From a virus (lineage: Duplodnaviria > Caudoviricetes), in the IMG/VR virus record IMGVR_UViG_3300011871_000002, positions 154,702-218,701 of that record: 64,000 nucleotides of DNA, one strand, 5' to 3'. The translations under genes were made by a program, and so were the position numbers. Below are positions 28,252 through 38,422 of this stretch, one piece after another. The notes beneath the pieces are model-generated. The model did no database searches. It was not told where the DNA came from and was given only the letters and a program-made list of their open reading frames with translations. Each line of letters begins with the position of its first letter. Within the stretch, counting starts at the first letter, position 1.

Positions 28252-29121
28252 ATGAACACCAATACCCGTATGATCCCAGTTTCCTTCCACGTCGCCAAAC
28301 GTTCGTTCGGTGAATTCCACTTCTGCCAACTGCCGCCGCTCGGTAGCATCAAAACCTTCGAGCAGTTGCCGGATTTCGTGATGCCGTTCGTCAACGCGCG
28401 CGACGGCAAGCATGAACTCGTCGCGGTCTACATCGAGAAGATGGAACCGGCCCTGTACCGTGACCACTCCAGTGCGATCGTCGGCAAAGTCCTCATCACG
28501 GAAATGGTGGGCACCCTCGCCGACGCGCGCGAGATCCCCGTCTCCACCCGAGTGGAAGCGCTCCCGGTACAATACCAGCGCCACCTGCGGCCGCTCCAGC
28601 GCCCAGAAGGCGGGTTCGCGGCCCAGGCCGCTGTCGGCAACGCTGCCAGTTATTCGGCACTGGCCGAGCGCGAGCAGACGGAATTCTGGATGGACGCCAT
28701 GGCCAAGGCATTCGTGGCCGAGGTCGATCACATCATGCACAACCGCGACCACACCCGTCATTTCGCTCCGGATGTCACCATCCGCACGGTCGACGGGAAG
28801 CTGGCCCATATGACGGTCGAACGGGAAGCCTACAAGGTCGAGTTCTATGTCAGCAAGCAGGCACCGCAAGTAAGGGAGGTATACGCCAACCGGGTACCTG
28901 GCCCGAACTACAACGGCTACAACGGCCGCCAGGAAGTCCAGTTCGAGCATGCCGATCTCTCGCTCACCGCCAGGATCGACTGCTACTCGGGCGACTACCT
29001 GAAGAAACTCATGGCTGACGAAAACATCGAAGCCAACGTCAAGGCCGTGTTCTACCTCGGCCTGGGTGAAGCCAAGGGTATCATCGACGACATCAGCGCG
29101 GCGCAGCACTTCGGCGTGTAA
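28252..29121 (+). CDS. Hypothetical protein
   Basis: GAGGAG RBS before ATG 28252. Confidence 0.7.
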   Translation: MNTNTRMIPVSFHVAKRSFGEFHFCQLPPLGSIKTFEQLPDFVMPFVNARDGKHELVAVYIEKMEPALYRDHSSAIVGKVLITEMVGTLADAREIPVSTRVEALPVQYQRHLRPLQRPEGGFAAQAAVGNAASYSALAEREQTEFWMDAMAKAFVAEVDHIMHNRDHTRHFAPDVTIRTVDGKLAHMTVEREAYKVEFYVSKQAPQVREVYANRVPGPNYNGYNGRQEVQFEHADLSLTARIDCYSGDYLKKLMADENIEANVKAVFYLGLGEAKGIIDDISAAQHFGV

Positions 29122-29219
29122 CCACGTCACGCATCAACGCAAAGAGGGCTGCGGTCCTCTTTGTTTTTTGTTATCGACTCAACAATCAAGACAACAATCA
29201 AGAAAGAAGGGAAAGCAAC

Positions 29220-31631
29220 ATGGAACAGAATAAGCAGCTTAAAGAAAATGCAGCCAAGCTGAGCCAGTATTTGGTGAATACCGGGATCAGTGAAGAAGAA
29301 GCAAAACGCCGCATCGACGCGTATTACGCAAAACAAACCACTGGTACTGCGTATTCGCGACCCAAAGCCGCCCAAGACATGAAATGGAAGTTGCGCTGGG
29401 AAGAACTCGATTATTTGGACTTCGCGATGCTCCTCCATATCTTCGGCGAAAGCGAAGAACAAATCAAAGCAATCATGGGCGATGGCGCCTCGAAAGAGGC
29501 TCTCGACAGCAGTCTCGAAAAAGGCCCGGTGCGTGACCCCCATCTGCAACCGGTGCATCACCTCGAAGTTCCCTACGGTCCGAATGGTTACCTGATCGCG
29601 TGGCACCTGTACCACGCACTGAAGGAACAAGGCGCTTCGCTGGAGCTGGCAGACGGCACCCCGGTACACCCGGCGGTGCTCGACAGCGTGCTGAAAGGCC
29701 CCGACGGCTTCGGCGACTGGGTCAGCACCCAGTTCACCATCGTGCTACCGGTGAGCCAGCCGATCAGCGAAAAGGCGGCGGAATTCAATGCCGCACAAGA
29801 AGCTGCCGCGCAGGCGTCCATCGCGCTCGAAGAAGCGCAAACGCATCACCAAGAAGCACTGGACAAGCTCAACGCCATGCTGGGTGTGGAGAAAGCATCG
29901 CCAGCAGCCCAAGGCGAGTCGGCTTTCGTTCCGACCCCCAAGCGCGAGCTGCTCAAGCATTACACCGCGTCGGACATGCGTAACAAGATCCTCTTGGAAG
30001 GAGAGGAGAAGTTCGCAGAACTATTTGGTGTGAGTAAGGCCGAAATCCACGCCTTTCTCCTCGCCTACAAGACGGGACTGCGACAGGTCATCGCAGCTGA
30101 CGGTACCTACCGTTCGGCAACCATTCCTGTCAATCCACTGGAGGGTTTCTTCGGTTACCTGATCTGGGAAAAAGGCACTCCGGAAGAATTGACGTTTGAC
30201 CTCTCCGGCCCCATCCGTGCGCATGACCGCGAAAAGCGCCGTAGCTATCTCGCATCACTCCCGTACGACCAAGTGCTGCACGAACATGCACGCATGAACG
30301 GGTTTGGTTTCATGGAAAAATACGGTGTCTCATTGGGAGAGTACCAGGGCTTCGACGCGGCACGCCACACAGGGGTGCGTCAAGTGGTGTCACCCGATGG
30401 ACAATCGCACCGCCCCATGTCATTATTAGGGGCAGGGAACGGGTTCTTTGACCATCTGGCGTGGGAGAAAGTCCATCCTGACGGATCGAAGTCCTTGGTC
30501 TTGCAGCGCGAACCAGTCGCCGGGTACATCGGCTATTCCGCAGGAATTTCAAATGTCCGTAGGACGTTGCTGAACGTGGATGGTGGCGACATCGGCCAAG
30601 AAGAAGCCGCGCGCCTGCTGGAGTCGTTCCAGAAGCTGCAACAGGAAACGGCCGGTGGTCCCTTTTTCATGTTGAAAAATCCGGAAGAAAAGGGTCCAGG
30701 CATGTTCGGCACTGTGGCAGGTGAAAAGTTCTTGGGCGAGGGCGATGATGTTCTGAGCAAAATGGACAAGCAAGCCGCGGCCCTAGAAGAGATCACTGCG
30801 GACGATCTTTACGCAGCCATCGTGAATGGCCCTGCGGAGAAGATCCAGGACGAGTTCGGCTTGGCTCCAGAAATCCAGCAGTATTTCGTGCGTGCTTACC
30901 GCGTCGAGCTTCAATACACCATCAACTGCCACAAAGGTTGCGTGCTGGCCGACACGCGATCCTTGCCAAAGATGGTCGACGAGCCTTACAAGTTCGTTGA
31001 CTATATCCAACTCGTCCAGCACAGCGAGAGGGAGGAAGCAACAAAGGCGACGGCGGAACTATCGGCGCAGGTGCAGGAAGCAGTTACCGACGCGGCATCG
31101 GTAAAGGAAACGGTCGCAACTGTTCCACCAAAAGCTGGTCCGCTGGAGATGGTCGCGGCGAATGTAGACGTACTGGGTGAGGAAGTCACGCCGGAACAGC
31201 GGCGGGAGTATGTTGAAATGCTGATTTCTGCGCATCCTGAAATACTCAAGCATGTGTCTGATCTGGCAGGAAATCGGATCGCGCTGGGGCAAGTGCTGTA
31301 CGATGCGTTCTTTCACTTCTCCGTGTTCTTTGGTGACACGCTAATGCTGCGTCTGTTGGATAAATACAATACCAACATCATGGCTGGGGCGGTTCTGCTT
31401 AACTTCATGTCGAAATTCCCCCAAGTGTTGGCTGAAGCCGGTGGGTTCGATCTGGAGAAAAGGCGCATCCGGATGGATCTCTCCAAGGAAGAAAAAGATG
31501 CTGTCGATGCTAGGCTGAATGACCGCGTCGTGACCCTCCTGCAAGACGCCAATCCGGGTGTCTGGACGCGCGAAGAAATCATTGCTGATTTCAACGGTGA
31601 CCAAGAAGCACCTGAGCAACCAAACCCGTAA
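29220..31631 (+). CDS. Large hypothetical protein with internal ~85-aa repeats
   Basis: 803 aa; repeated unit F.E.FGVS..E...F..A..TG.RQV...DG....FF..L.WEK. Confidence 0.75.
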   Translation: MEQNKQLKENAAKLSQYLVNTGISEEEAKRRIDAYYAKQTTGTAYSRPKAAQDMKWKLRWEELDYLDFAMLLHIFGESEEQIKAIMGDGASKEALDSSLEKGPVRDPHLQPVHHLEVPYGPNGYLIAWHLYHALKEQGASLELADGTPVHPAVLDSVLKGPDGFGDWVSTQFTIVLPVSQPISEKAAEFNAAQEAAAQASIALEEAQTHHQEALDKLNAMLGVEKASPAAQGESAFVPTPKRELLKHYTASDMRNKILLEGEEKFAELFGVSKAEIHAFLLAYKTGLRQVIAADGTYRSATIPVNPLEGFFGYLIWEKGTPEELTFDLSGPIRAHDREKRRSYLASLPYDQVLHEHARMNGFGFMEKYGVSLGEYQGFDAARHTGVRQVVSPDGQSHRPMSLLGAGNGFFDHLAWEKVHPDGSKSLVLQREPVAGYIGYSAGISNVRRTLLNVDGGDIGQEEAARLLESFQKLQQETAGGPFFMLKNPEEKGPGMFGTVAGEKFLGEGDDVLSKMDKQAAALEEITADDLYAAIVNGPAEKIQDEFGLAPEIQQYFVRAYRVELQYTINCHKGCVLADTRSLPKMVDEPYKFVDYIQLVQHSEREEATKATAELSAQVQEAVTDAASVKETVATVPPKAGPLEMVAANVDVLGEEVTPEQRREYVEMLISAHPEILKHVSDLAGNRIALGQVLYDAFFHFSVFFGDTLMLRLLDKYNTNIMAGAVLLNFMSKFPQVLAEAGGFDLEKRRIRMDLSKEEKDAVDARLNDRVVTLLQDANPGVWTREEIIADFNGDQEAPEQPNP

Positions 31632-31709
31632 GGGTGCGGCATAAAAAAGAGAGGGGTGGCGCCCTCTCTTTTTTCTTTGTCACAATGTACGATTGTAAAT
31701 AATTGTGGG

Positions 31710-31719
31710 CACATATTAC
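31710..31719 (+). promoter_or_regulatory. Putative early promoter (CACATATTAC)
   Basis: Repeated motif. Confidence 0.65.
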
Positions 31720-31766
31720 GTCAATGAATCAGGTTCACAATCATTCATTTTCGTACAGGAGCAACT

Positions 31767-32183
31767 ATGACTACTACTACCCATCAAGTGTACAAAATGC
31801 GCATTCGCTTGGCGCGCATGAAGCTGGCCCACCTCATCCGCACTAGTGAAGACGCTGACGACATCACGATCGCCATCAGTGCCATTCATATCGCAGAGAA
31901 AGCGTGTGAAGAAGGGCGTTACGATGTGGTGCCGACTGTATTAAGTCTTGTCAGGACGAGGGCTAACAGGGCAGACAAGAAAGCAGAAGCGTCCTTCCAG
32001 AATCACATGCAGTTGTTCGATACGAGGCGCGACCAGTTACTTCGCGATACGTTCGACAGTGACAAGATGCAAGAAGACGTCGATAAGATTCTCGATGCCA
32101 TGAAAGTCATGATGCTGGCCAAAGATGCCAACCCCGTAATCATCATGCAGGTAGGGTACGAGCAACTGCTCACCCTGTCGTAA
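31767..32183 (+). CDS. Hypothetical early protein
   Basis: AGGAG RBS. Confidence 0.7.
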   Translation: MTTTTHQVYKMRIRLARMKLAHLIRTSEDADDITIAISAIHIAEKACEEGRYDVVPTVLSLVRTRANRADKKAEASFQNHMQLFDTRRDQLLRDTFDSDKMQEDVDKILDAMKVMMLAKDANPVIIMQVGYEQLLTLS

Positions 32184-32213
32184 ACAAAGAAAAAAGAAAG
32201 AAGGATAAAGAAG

Positions 32214-32624
32214 ATGGTAACCAAGAAAAGCAAAGCGCCCAAGAACGCCGGCATCCGCCCGATCGTCACCAACTACTACGGCACCAGTGGTAAAACGCTG
32301 CTGTGGTATAACCGCGCCAAAGATGCAGGCCGCGCGATGGACTTAGCATTTAGCCACATGCGGCAAAACCACTACGGCGCATTTGTCGCAGAAATCTTTA
32401 ACGAAGAGACGGGCGAACTCTTCGGCGTGATTATCCACAACGCCGCTGGCAAGATCGTCACGCTCTTTGAGAAAGACCCGGCCACCAAGATGGTCGTCAC
32501 GGACTTCGACGCGCAACTCGTCAAGGAAGTGCAAGAGACCCAGGCGCACGAGCTGGAGCTGATCAACCTGATCCTCAAAGAAAGTCGGCTCGAACAACGT
32601 ATCCAGGAGAAAGCATATGGATGA
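32214..32624 (+). CDS. Hypothetical protein
   Basis: ORF in tandem run. Confidence 0.65.
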   Translation: MVTKKSKAPKNAGIRPIVTNYYGTSGKTLLWYNRAKDAGRAMDLAFSHMRQNHYGAFVAEIFNEETGELFGVIIHNAAGKIVTLFEKDPATKMVVTDFDAQLVKEVQETQAHELELINLILKESRLEQRIQEKAYG

Positions 32625-33303
32625 GAAACTCAGTAAGGTACTGAAACGTCTTACCCAAAACGTCGAATTGGATATACCGTTGGTGGTAGCAGAAATGGTA
32701 CGGCGCCTGCGCTGGTCGATGGGTGAACTGAAGAAAGATGCAGAGAGTAAAGGCGGTTCGTTCGACTACGATTTGCATATCGCGCATACGCATGCAGCCA
32801 GTAAGATGAAGGGTGTCGACATCGTCGCGTTTCCTACCAATTCCAGTGTTGAAGAATTGGTGGCGTCGTACCCGTACCGTATGGTTCAACTCAGTGTGGC
32901 TGAAGACGAAGAGGACGTTCGTGATGTAATGGCGATGTTATTTCTCTTTGAAGAACAAGGTATAACCAGTGAATTCCATTATTTCATGGAAGACATGGGT
33001 AACCGGGCGCTCACTGAGAAAGACCATCTGAAAGACTTGGCGTTTAACGTCACCCGTCATGATTTGGTGGATTTACCTGAAAAGGTATTGGTTTTTTTTG
33101 TTGGCACCATTAATGCCACCAGAATAAAAGGAAAGGATTATGAAAAAGAACGAGGCTACCATTCAAAGTGGCATCGGCTTTCACACAGCCACGCAGGACG
33201 CTGCAATGATTTACGATACCTCGCTGAATTTTCTGTCATCGCACTGTACCCATCAAGAACTGTTCCAGGACATCCGGAACCTGATGGACAGAGAATTCGA
33301 TAA
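32617..33303 (+). CDS. Hypothetical protein
   Basis: AGGAG RBS; 3' end overlaps next ORF. Confidence 0.6.
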   Translation: MDEKLSKVLKRLTQNVELDIPLVVAEMVRRLRWSMGELKKDAESKGGSFDYDLHIAHTHAASKMKGVDIVAFPTNSSVEELVASYPYRMVQLSVAEDEEDVRDVMAMLFLFEEQGITSEFHYFMEDMGNRALTEKDHLKDLAFNVTRHDLVDLPEKVLVFFVGTINATRIKGKDYEKERGYHSKWHRLSHSHAGRCNDLRYLAEFSVIALYPSRTVPGHPEPDGQRIR

Positions 33304-33568
33304 GGCCGCGAGTAACTGGCAAAAGAACTGGGGCAGAAAAGTCACGCCGCGTTTCTTTACCCAAGTGCGGGTCTTTGACGCACACAAGGTGGCGTTGATC
33401 AAAGTCGGTATGGTCACGCCCAATTTCATGGATGCATGGGTGAGGATCACCACCGTGACCGACATCTACTTAAGCCTCACGGAAGATGGCATGGTCACGG
33501 ACATCGTCGAGCGCCCGGCAGTTATGAACCCGGCCAATGCGCGCCCTGTAGCGTGCGCTAAGTGGTAG
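33140..33568 (+). CDS. Hypothetical protein
   Basis: AAGGA RBS; followed by terminator. Confidence 0.6.
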   Translation: MKKNEATIQSGIGFHTATQDAAMIYDTSLNFLSSHCTHQELFQDIRNLMDREFDKAASNWQKNWGRKVTPRFFTQVRVFDAHKVALIKVGMVTPNFMDAWVRITTVTDIYLSLTEDGMVTDIVERPAVMNPANARPVACAKW

Positions 33569-33623
33569 AAGCGGCGCTACTTCGGTAGCGCCCTTTTATG
33601 CCCGCCAATAAAGGAGAAAAGAA

Positions 33624-34250
33624 ATGGACAAGAAAAAAGAATGGTACGCCCGCAACGGCCACTTCTTGATCATGCGTGTCATTCCAAAAGACTGGGAAGA
33701 GCGCGAAGATGCGATCTACTACCGCACCATGCATCGCGACACAGTCAGCTTGATCAAAGAACTGGCTTTTCTGATCGGCGGTGGCGAGATGCTCGACACG
33801 ATGCGTGACTCAACCATGCGCAGTATCCGGTTCGCCAACAACGATCTCGCATCTCCGCGCCTGCGAGAACGACCCATCGTGACCTTCACCTTGCGAAAGA
33901 AAAGCGGTAAGGAGCATTTCGCGATTTTCTTGCACCCTGACGTGGACTTAGGTTACGTCTTCGGGCGTTACTATGGTTTTCCTGAGTGTTGCATCCGTGA
34001 GTTCTCTAAAGGGGAGAGCCACTATAAAACTCGTCAGTTTTGTGGCACTGGCTTTGTGCCTTGCGCGGCGTGCAATGAAAAGCCAGCGTGGAAAATCCTC
34101 AAGGATATCCGGGCGCGGCGTATCGCGCCTACTCCTTTCCCGGATGGCCACAAACACCCCACCCACACGCACCACCTGCTGGAAGTGTTGCTTAAAGTGA
34201 TCGACAACACCATCGATCCTTGTCAGGTGAAAAATACCCAGTCGCCGTAA
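33624..34250 (+). CDS. Cys-rich conserved phage protein
   Basis: GRYYGFPECCI..F and GTGFVPCAAC motifs. Confidence 0.65.
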   Translation: MDKKKEWYARNGHFLIMRVIPKDWEEREDAIYYRTMHRDTVSLIKELAFLIGGGEMLDTMRDSTMRSIRFANNDLASPRLRERPIVTFTLRKKSGKEHFAIFLHPDVDLGYVFGRYYGFPECCIREFSKGESHYKTRQFCGTGFVPCAACNEKPAWKILKDIRARRIAPTPFPDGHKHPTHTHHLLEVLLKVIDNTIDPCQVKNTQSP

Positions 34251-34268
34251 GTATGGGAGGAATACTGC

Positions 34269-34673
34269 ATGGAACCAAAAATCGTTGTACTAGATGTGGG
34301 TAAGAAACTGCATAACCTGCGCACCCAGTGTAGCCACAGCGCGGTGTACTTGGAAGACCATCCGAAAGAGATTTGCCAGCGCTTGTCGCAGTGCGTGATG
34401 AGCCGCTTCAATCCTTACGGAGAACTCCTCGCCTACATCGCAGAACTCAAGCACGGCAAATACGTGCGCATGCCAGAAGAACAGCTGAACCGTTTGGTGG
34501 TGGCGGTGGGTGACTTGGGAGTGTCACTCATCCAGTCGATGGAACAAAGCCAGTTTTACCAGGGGGAACAAGACTTGCCGTATGCGTTTCAGCGTGCGAC
34601 GAAAAATGTCTTTGTACTGGAACGTCAACAGGAGCGACCATGGCAAAACCAGAAATCGTCATCCTCAATATGA
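34269..34673 (+). CDS. Paralogue family A protein
   Basis: MEPKIVVLD...LG..L.......FY......PY......FVLER. Confidence 0.7.
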   Translation: MEPKIVVLDVGKKLHNLRTQCSHSAVYLEDHPKEICQRLSQCVMSRFNPYGELLAYIAELKHGKYVRMPEEQLNRLVVAVGDLGVSLIQSMEQSQFYQGEQDLPYAFQRATKNVFVLERQQERPWQNQKSSSSI

Positions 34674-35074
34674 CGGATGCGTTTGAGAAGTTCAATCGCG
34701 ATGTGCGCCCGCTTGTCGCCAACCACAAGACCATTGTGGGTACCTCTAGCGACATCCTCCAGTGCGCCATGGAGCATCTTCTCGATAACTGTGAGCACTG
34801 GGATCGGGCTCTCCAGAGCATTTGTAAGAATGCAATGGGTGTCGTCGACCAGTTTCTTCCGAAGCACAGGAGTAACTCCGAAACGCGGCTCATGGTGTAC
34901 GAATCGATCTGTGTATTAGGGTTTGCACTCAAGCAAAAGGCGGAACAACACAACTTGGAGGAATTTGATGAATTTTACTACAGCGTCGATTCCTTTCAAC
35001 CGAATGGACTCGTCGTACTTAAACAGTGGTGGTCGTCCCACGACCGCTTTGAACCAGACCGTCCAGCAGCCTAA
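34640..35074 (+). CDS. Paralogue family A protein
   Basis: KPEIVILN...LGFALKQK...HNL...YY......LVVLK. Confidence 0.7.
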   Translation: MAKPEIVILNMTDAFEKFNRDVRPLVANHKTIVGTSSDILQCAMEHLLDNCEHWDRALQSICKNAMGVVDQFLPKHRSNSETRLMVYESICVLGFALKQKAEQHNLEEFDEFYYSVDSFQPNGLVVLKQWWSSHDRFEPDRPAA

Positions 35075-35444
35075 GGTTGTCATCCTCGACACTCGCGACA
35101 TACTGGAGAGGTACCGGACTTATCATCTCAATAAGTTCTGGAACGATGATGGTGACCTCTTGGAAACGATCGTGCGTCAGTTGTTTGAACTATTCAAGGA
35201 TTGGGACACCATGCCGTTGTTTTTGGATGAGTTGTCGCAAGACTTGATCGACGCGCTTGGTATTACCAATCCTTTACCCAAACTTGCTTTGAGAAAAGCA
35301 GTGGCAGAATTGGCCCATGGGTTCATCAAGAAGATTGAGAATCATGACCTTCTCTGTAAAGCACCTTACGGTAATTATTTCTTCTACGATTACCGAGGCA
35401 TGCAGGGTTCGAACGTGGTGTTGGGTTCAATGTTTGGTATGTAA
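35049..35444 (+). CDS. Paralogue family A protein (start uncertain)
   Basis: QPKVVILDTR...LAHGFIKKIENHDL...Y.Y....NVVL. Confidence 0.65.
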   Translation: MNQTVQQPKVVILDTRDILERYRTYHLNKFWNDDGDLLETIVRQLFELFKDWDTMPLFLDELSQDLIDALGITNPLPKLALRKAVAELAHGFIKKIENHDLLCKAPYGNYFFYDYRGMQGSNVVLGSMFGM

Positions 35445-35460
35445 TTAATAGGGGGAGGGT

Positions 35461-35907
35461 ATGCTACCTACTTTACCTAAAATCATTATCTTTGATATTC
35501 GCCCTGAGTATCAAAGTTTTGTGAAACAAGCCAAACCGTTCTTGGAACAGAATGGTACGGACCCGCAAGCAATTGTGGAAGACTTGTGGGAAGCGATGTT
35601 TGATCAAGACACCGCTGATGAGCGTATGCTCGAAGTTGTGTGCGAGACGACGTACGACAAAGAAACCCACAATGTCGCAGCATCTGGCCCCTTCTTCAGC
35701 CATGTGCACGGCTTAGCGCAAAGCATTTACGACCGGGTCAATGGCCACGAACTCTACGAAGGGAGAGGTTACATTCCTTACAACTTGTCGCTGCGGGAAA
35801 ATGGCTTACTCATCTTGGAGCGTGATGATGAGATCGAGAAAACCCAACAAGAGTGGTTGGTTCAGGAAGGCATGGCGGATGCACCTGAAGAACAAGATGT
35901 TGCGTAA
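35461..35907 (+). CDS. Paralogue family A protein
   Basis: LPKIIIFDIR...LAQSIYDRVNGHELYEGRGYIPY....GLLILER. Confidence 0.7.
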   Translation: MLPTLPKIIIFDIRPEYQSFVKQAKPFLEQNGTDPQAIVEDLWEAMFDQDTADERMLEVVCETTYDKETHNVAASGPFFSHVHGLAQSIYDRVNGHELYEGRGYIPYNLSLRENGLLILERDDEIEKTQQEWLVQEGMADAPEEQDVA

Positions 35908-35959
35908 GTATATGGGCATGACGCATTAAGAACCCATAGGACAGAAAGGAAAAATCTGT

Positions 35960-36091
35960 ATGAAATTGTTTCTCACCAAAATGCTGGAATGGACCATCGG
36001 CGCAGTCGTCGTGATGGCAGTGCTGTGCTTGGCAGCATGGACCGACACCGATAGCGTTAAAACGCCACCAGAGAGTGCGTATCAAGTCTAA
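35960..36091 (+). CDS. Small membrane protein (43 aa; not in ORF track)
   Basis: AAGGA RBS; MKLFLTKMLEWTIGAVVVMAVLCLAAW. Confidence 0.5.
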   Translation: MKLFLTKMLEWTIGAVVVMAVLCLAAWTDTDSVKTPPESAYQV

Positions 36092-36178
36092 ACGGATAAG
36101 CCCACACTACCCCTACTCCTTACGGAAAAGGTGGTAGTGTGGGTGGTAATGCTTTTATGCCGTGCTTTCTTTTTTTGC

Positions 36179-37513
36179 CTATTTGGCGTTGAAGATCATG
36201 CGCAGCGCCAGATACATGTTGTATTTGGCACCCTTGATCGAGCGAGCGACTTCGGCCTTAGCGGGGTTCTGGTAGCAGTGCACCAGATTGTTAAGGTACT
36301 GCTCGACTTGTTTCACGCCTGCGCGCACAGCAGCAGCGTCTTCGCTTGGCATCTCGTTATCGATCGTATCCACCAAACGCACCAGTGCTTCGGACGCTTT
36401 GGCGGCCTCGATCAGGAAACGGCGACCGTTGGTGATGTAGCTGTCCACGTTGTCGAGATAGGTGAAGCCAGCTTTAATGGCATCTCCGATTTCGTTCGTG
36501 GTCATCTTGATCTTGGCCGAGGCGACAAAGTTGGCGATCATGCCGACGTAACCCGTGCCGTTGGCTGCCACTTTCATGGCGGTGTGGGTCCACTTACCAA
36601 CTTCCACCACCGTATCGGGCGTGGCCAGTTCAGCCAGACGGGAACGTGCTTTACCACCGATCTCATTGACCCGGCGACGGTCGCCGCGTTTGACGGTCAA
36701 GCCAGTGACTGACAGATACGGGTGGCCACCGATGTAACTCTGGTTAAACAGCTGCGCACCCGTCTTGAGGCGCTCGACGTCCTGGAAGAACTTCTCGGCG
36801 TCTTTCAGCGTACGCAGCTTACCGGCGCGGATGATGGCACCGAGCTTGGCCACAGCGCCAATGACTTCACCGCTGTAAGTCTTGAGGATGTAGGTCGACA
36901 GTGCTACATCCTTGGCAATGGCTGAGGAGATGTCCTTGGTCTGGCCACGGTCGTTGCTGAAGTGGTACCATAGCTCCAGTAGGCTACCTTCGTGTTGGAC
37001 GTTTTCCCAGCTGCCGCTTTCCGTGCGGAATTCGCTTTCAGCATCGCTGAGCTTGTTGCGATACTTGCCGATCTGGCTGTGTGTTGAGCGGAAGAAGTCG
37101 GCCACGGCATTGAGACGGTGTTTGACGCCGAGCACGTTGGCTTGGTAATACTTGTTGAGGATGTCGCGAATGCCTTCGAGGGCGATTTCGTGCTGGCGGA
37201 CGATGTCCACGCCTTCCGATTCCAGGCTGACCGCATTGATCGGTGCGTGGATACGATTGAGCTGCTGCTCCACACCCAGACGCAAAGCAGTGAGCGTGCC
37301 TTCGCTGCAAGCATTGTTCTGGATCAGTGACTCGATGCACAGGGCGTAACCAGCGAGGTTTTCCATCACGACCGACATGCTTTGTTCGTCTTCGAACTCT
37401 GCATCCATGTCTTGGCTGACGCGACTGATGTCGTATTCAACACCGTCTTCCACGCCGCCTTCTGCTACTTCCGTAGCATCTCCTTCCAGCGCAAGACGAA
37501 GGTAATTGCTCAT
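36179..37513 (-). CDS. Virion inner-head protein (phiKZ head paralogue-family type)
   Basis: Acidic N-terminal propeptide with ALE/SLE prohead-protease sites (LALEG, VSLES, IALEG); TATG late-promoter-like motif upstream. Confidence 0.7.
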   Translation of the reverse strand: MSNYLRLALEGDATEVAEGGVEDGVEYDISRVSQDMDAEFEDEQSMSVVMENLAGYALCIESLIQNNACSEGTLTALRLGVEQQLNRIHAPINAVSLESEGVDIVRQHEIALEGIRDILNKYYQANVLGVKHRLNAVADFFRSTHSQIGKYRNKLSDAESEFRTESGSWENVQHEGSLLELWYHFSNDRGQTKDISSAIAKDVALSTYILKTYSGEVIGAVAKLGAIIRAGKLRTLKDAEKFFQDVERLKTGAQLFNQSYIGGHPYLSVTGLTVKRGDRRRVNEIGGKARSRLAELATPDTVVEVGKWTHTAMKVAANGTGYVGMIANFVASAKIKMTTNEIGDAIKAGFTYLDNVDSYITNGRRFLIEAAKASEALVRLVDTIDNEMPSEDAAAVRAGVKQVEQYLNNLVHCYQNPAKAEVARSIKGAKYNMYLALRMIFNAK

Positions 37514-37618
37514 GATAAAGCCTTTTTCAAGAGAGTAAATAAGAGAGTGTTACATATCTATTTTTTTCATCTTGCGGCATAAATAGCCACCCGCTTGGAT
37601 GGCTATTTACGATTGACG

Positions 37619-38398
37619 TCATCCTTTTGCCCACGTTGCCATGGGGTGGGCTTCTTCATGACTCAGAAGCGCTGCGCGCTGCAACTTCTCGCCCATGTAG
37701 TCGCCCTTGGTAATGGATTCGACCGTGAAGTCTTGATCGTGCTTCCAGCTTTCGGTGTTTTGATTGACCGTGCCCTGAATCTTCCAATATCCCTTCTTGA
37801 GGAAGATGTTCTTGGAGAACCACAGGCCACCATCCATGACGATTTCCACGAGCATGGTCAGTCGACCTTCAGGGAGCTTCTTGGTGCGCGAGCTAAACGT
37901 CATTTCGCTACAGAAGAATCGCCCCGCGGTCACAGGAATGAATTCCCGCGTCTCAGGACTATACGAAACCATCCAGTGCTCGTCGGTACTGGGCTGGTCG
38001 TACACCATCGACTTGTTGGGCCTGAGTGATGCTTGGCACGGCAAGGCGTAAATCTTGTACCCGCCTTTGTAGTCCTTCTCCGAAGCATCGGACGCATACT
38101 CGAAAAAGTCACCTTCTACCGCACCATAACCCAGCATACAGCCCAAGAGGGTCGGTGCCACATACACACGGGTAATGTCGCGACACTCTTGGGGCGAACC
38201 CCGCAGGGTGAGCTGCGGGATGAACTTGCGGATGTTGGTGTTGGTACTGATGTGGAGCTGGAAGTCGCCATAATATAGGCCACCAGCATCTCCAAGCTGT
38301 TTGACTAGATCTTCTGGCGTCACGACAGTTGTATTCTTCTGTACCCGAGCACTACAGTGCTCCAAATGTTTTTCTAGTTTCTCTCTTTCGGAATACAT
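37619..38398 (-). CDS. Conserved phiKZ-like hypothetical protein; 5' end apparently supplied by the endonuclease cassette
   Basis: HISTN...F.P....RV.VAPTL.GC..G motif; first ~40 codons AT-rich and duplicated at 39067-39198. Confidence 0.75.
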   Translation of the reverse strand: MYSEREKLEKHLEHCSARVQKNTTVVTPEDLVKQLGDAGGLYYGDFQLHISTNTNIRKFIPQLTLRGSPQECRDITRVYVAPTLLGCMLGYGAVEGDFFEYASDASEKDYKGGYKIYALPCQASLRPNKSMVYDQPSTDEHWMVSYSPETREFIPVTAGRFFCSEMTFSSRTKKLPEGRLTMLVEIVMDGGLWFSKNIFLKKGYWKIQGTVNQNTESWKHDQDFTVESITKGDYMGEKLQRAALLSHEEAHPMATWAKG

Positions 38399-38422
38399 AG
38401 TCTACCTTACTATTTTAACTTT

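Noticed and set aside
33085-33303. Programmed frameshift at the T8 run explaining the 164-nt overlap of ORFs 32617 and 33140
   Set aside because: The downstream ORF has its own RBS; no stimulatory structure is evident; cannot be distinguished from a simple overlap or sequencing error
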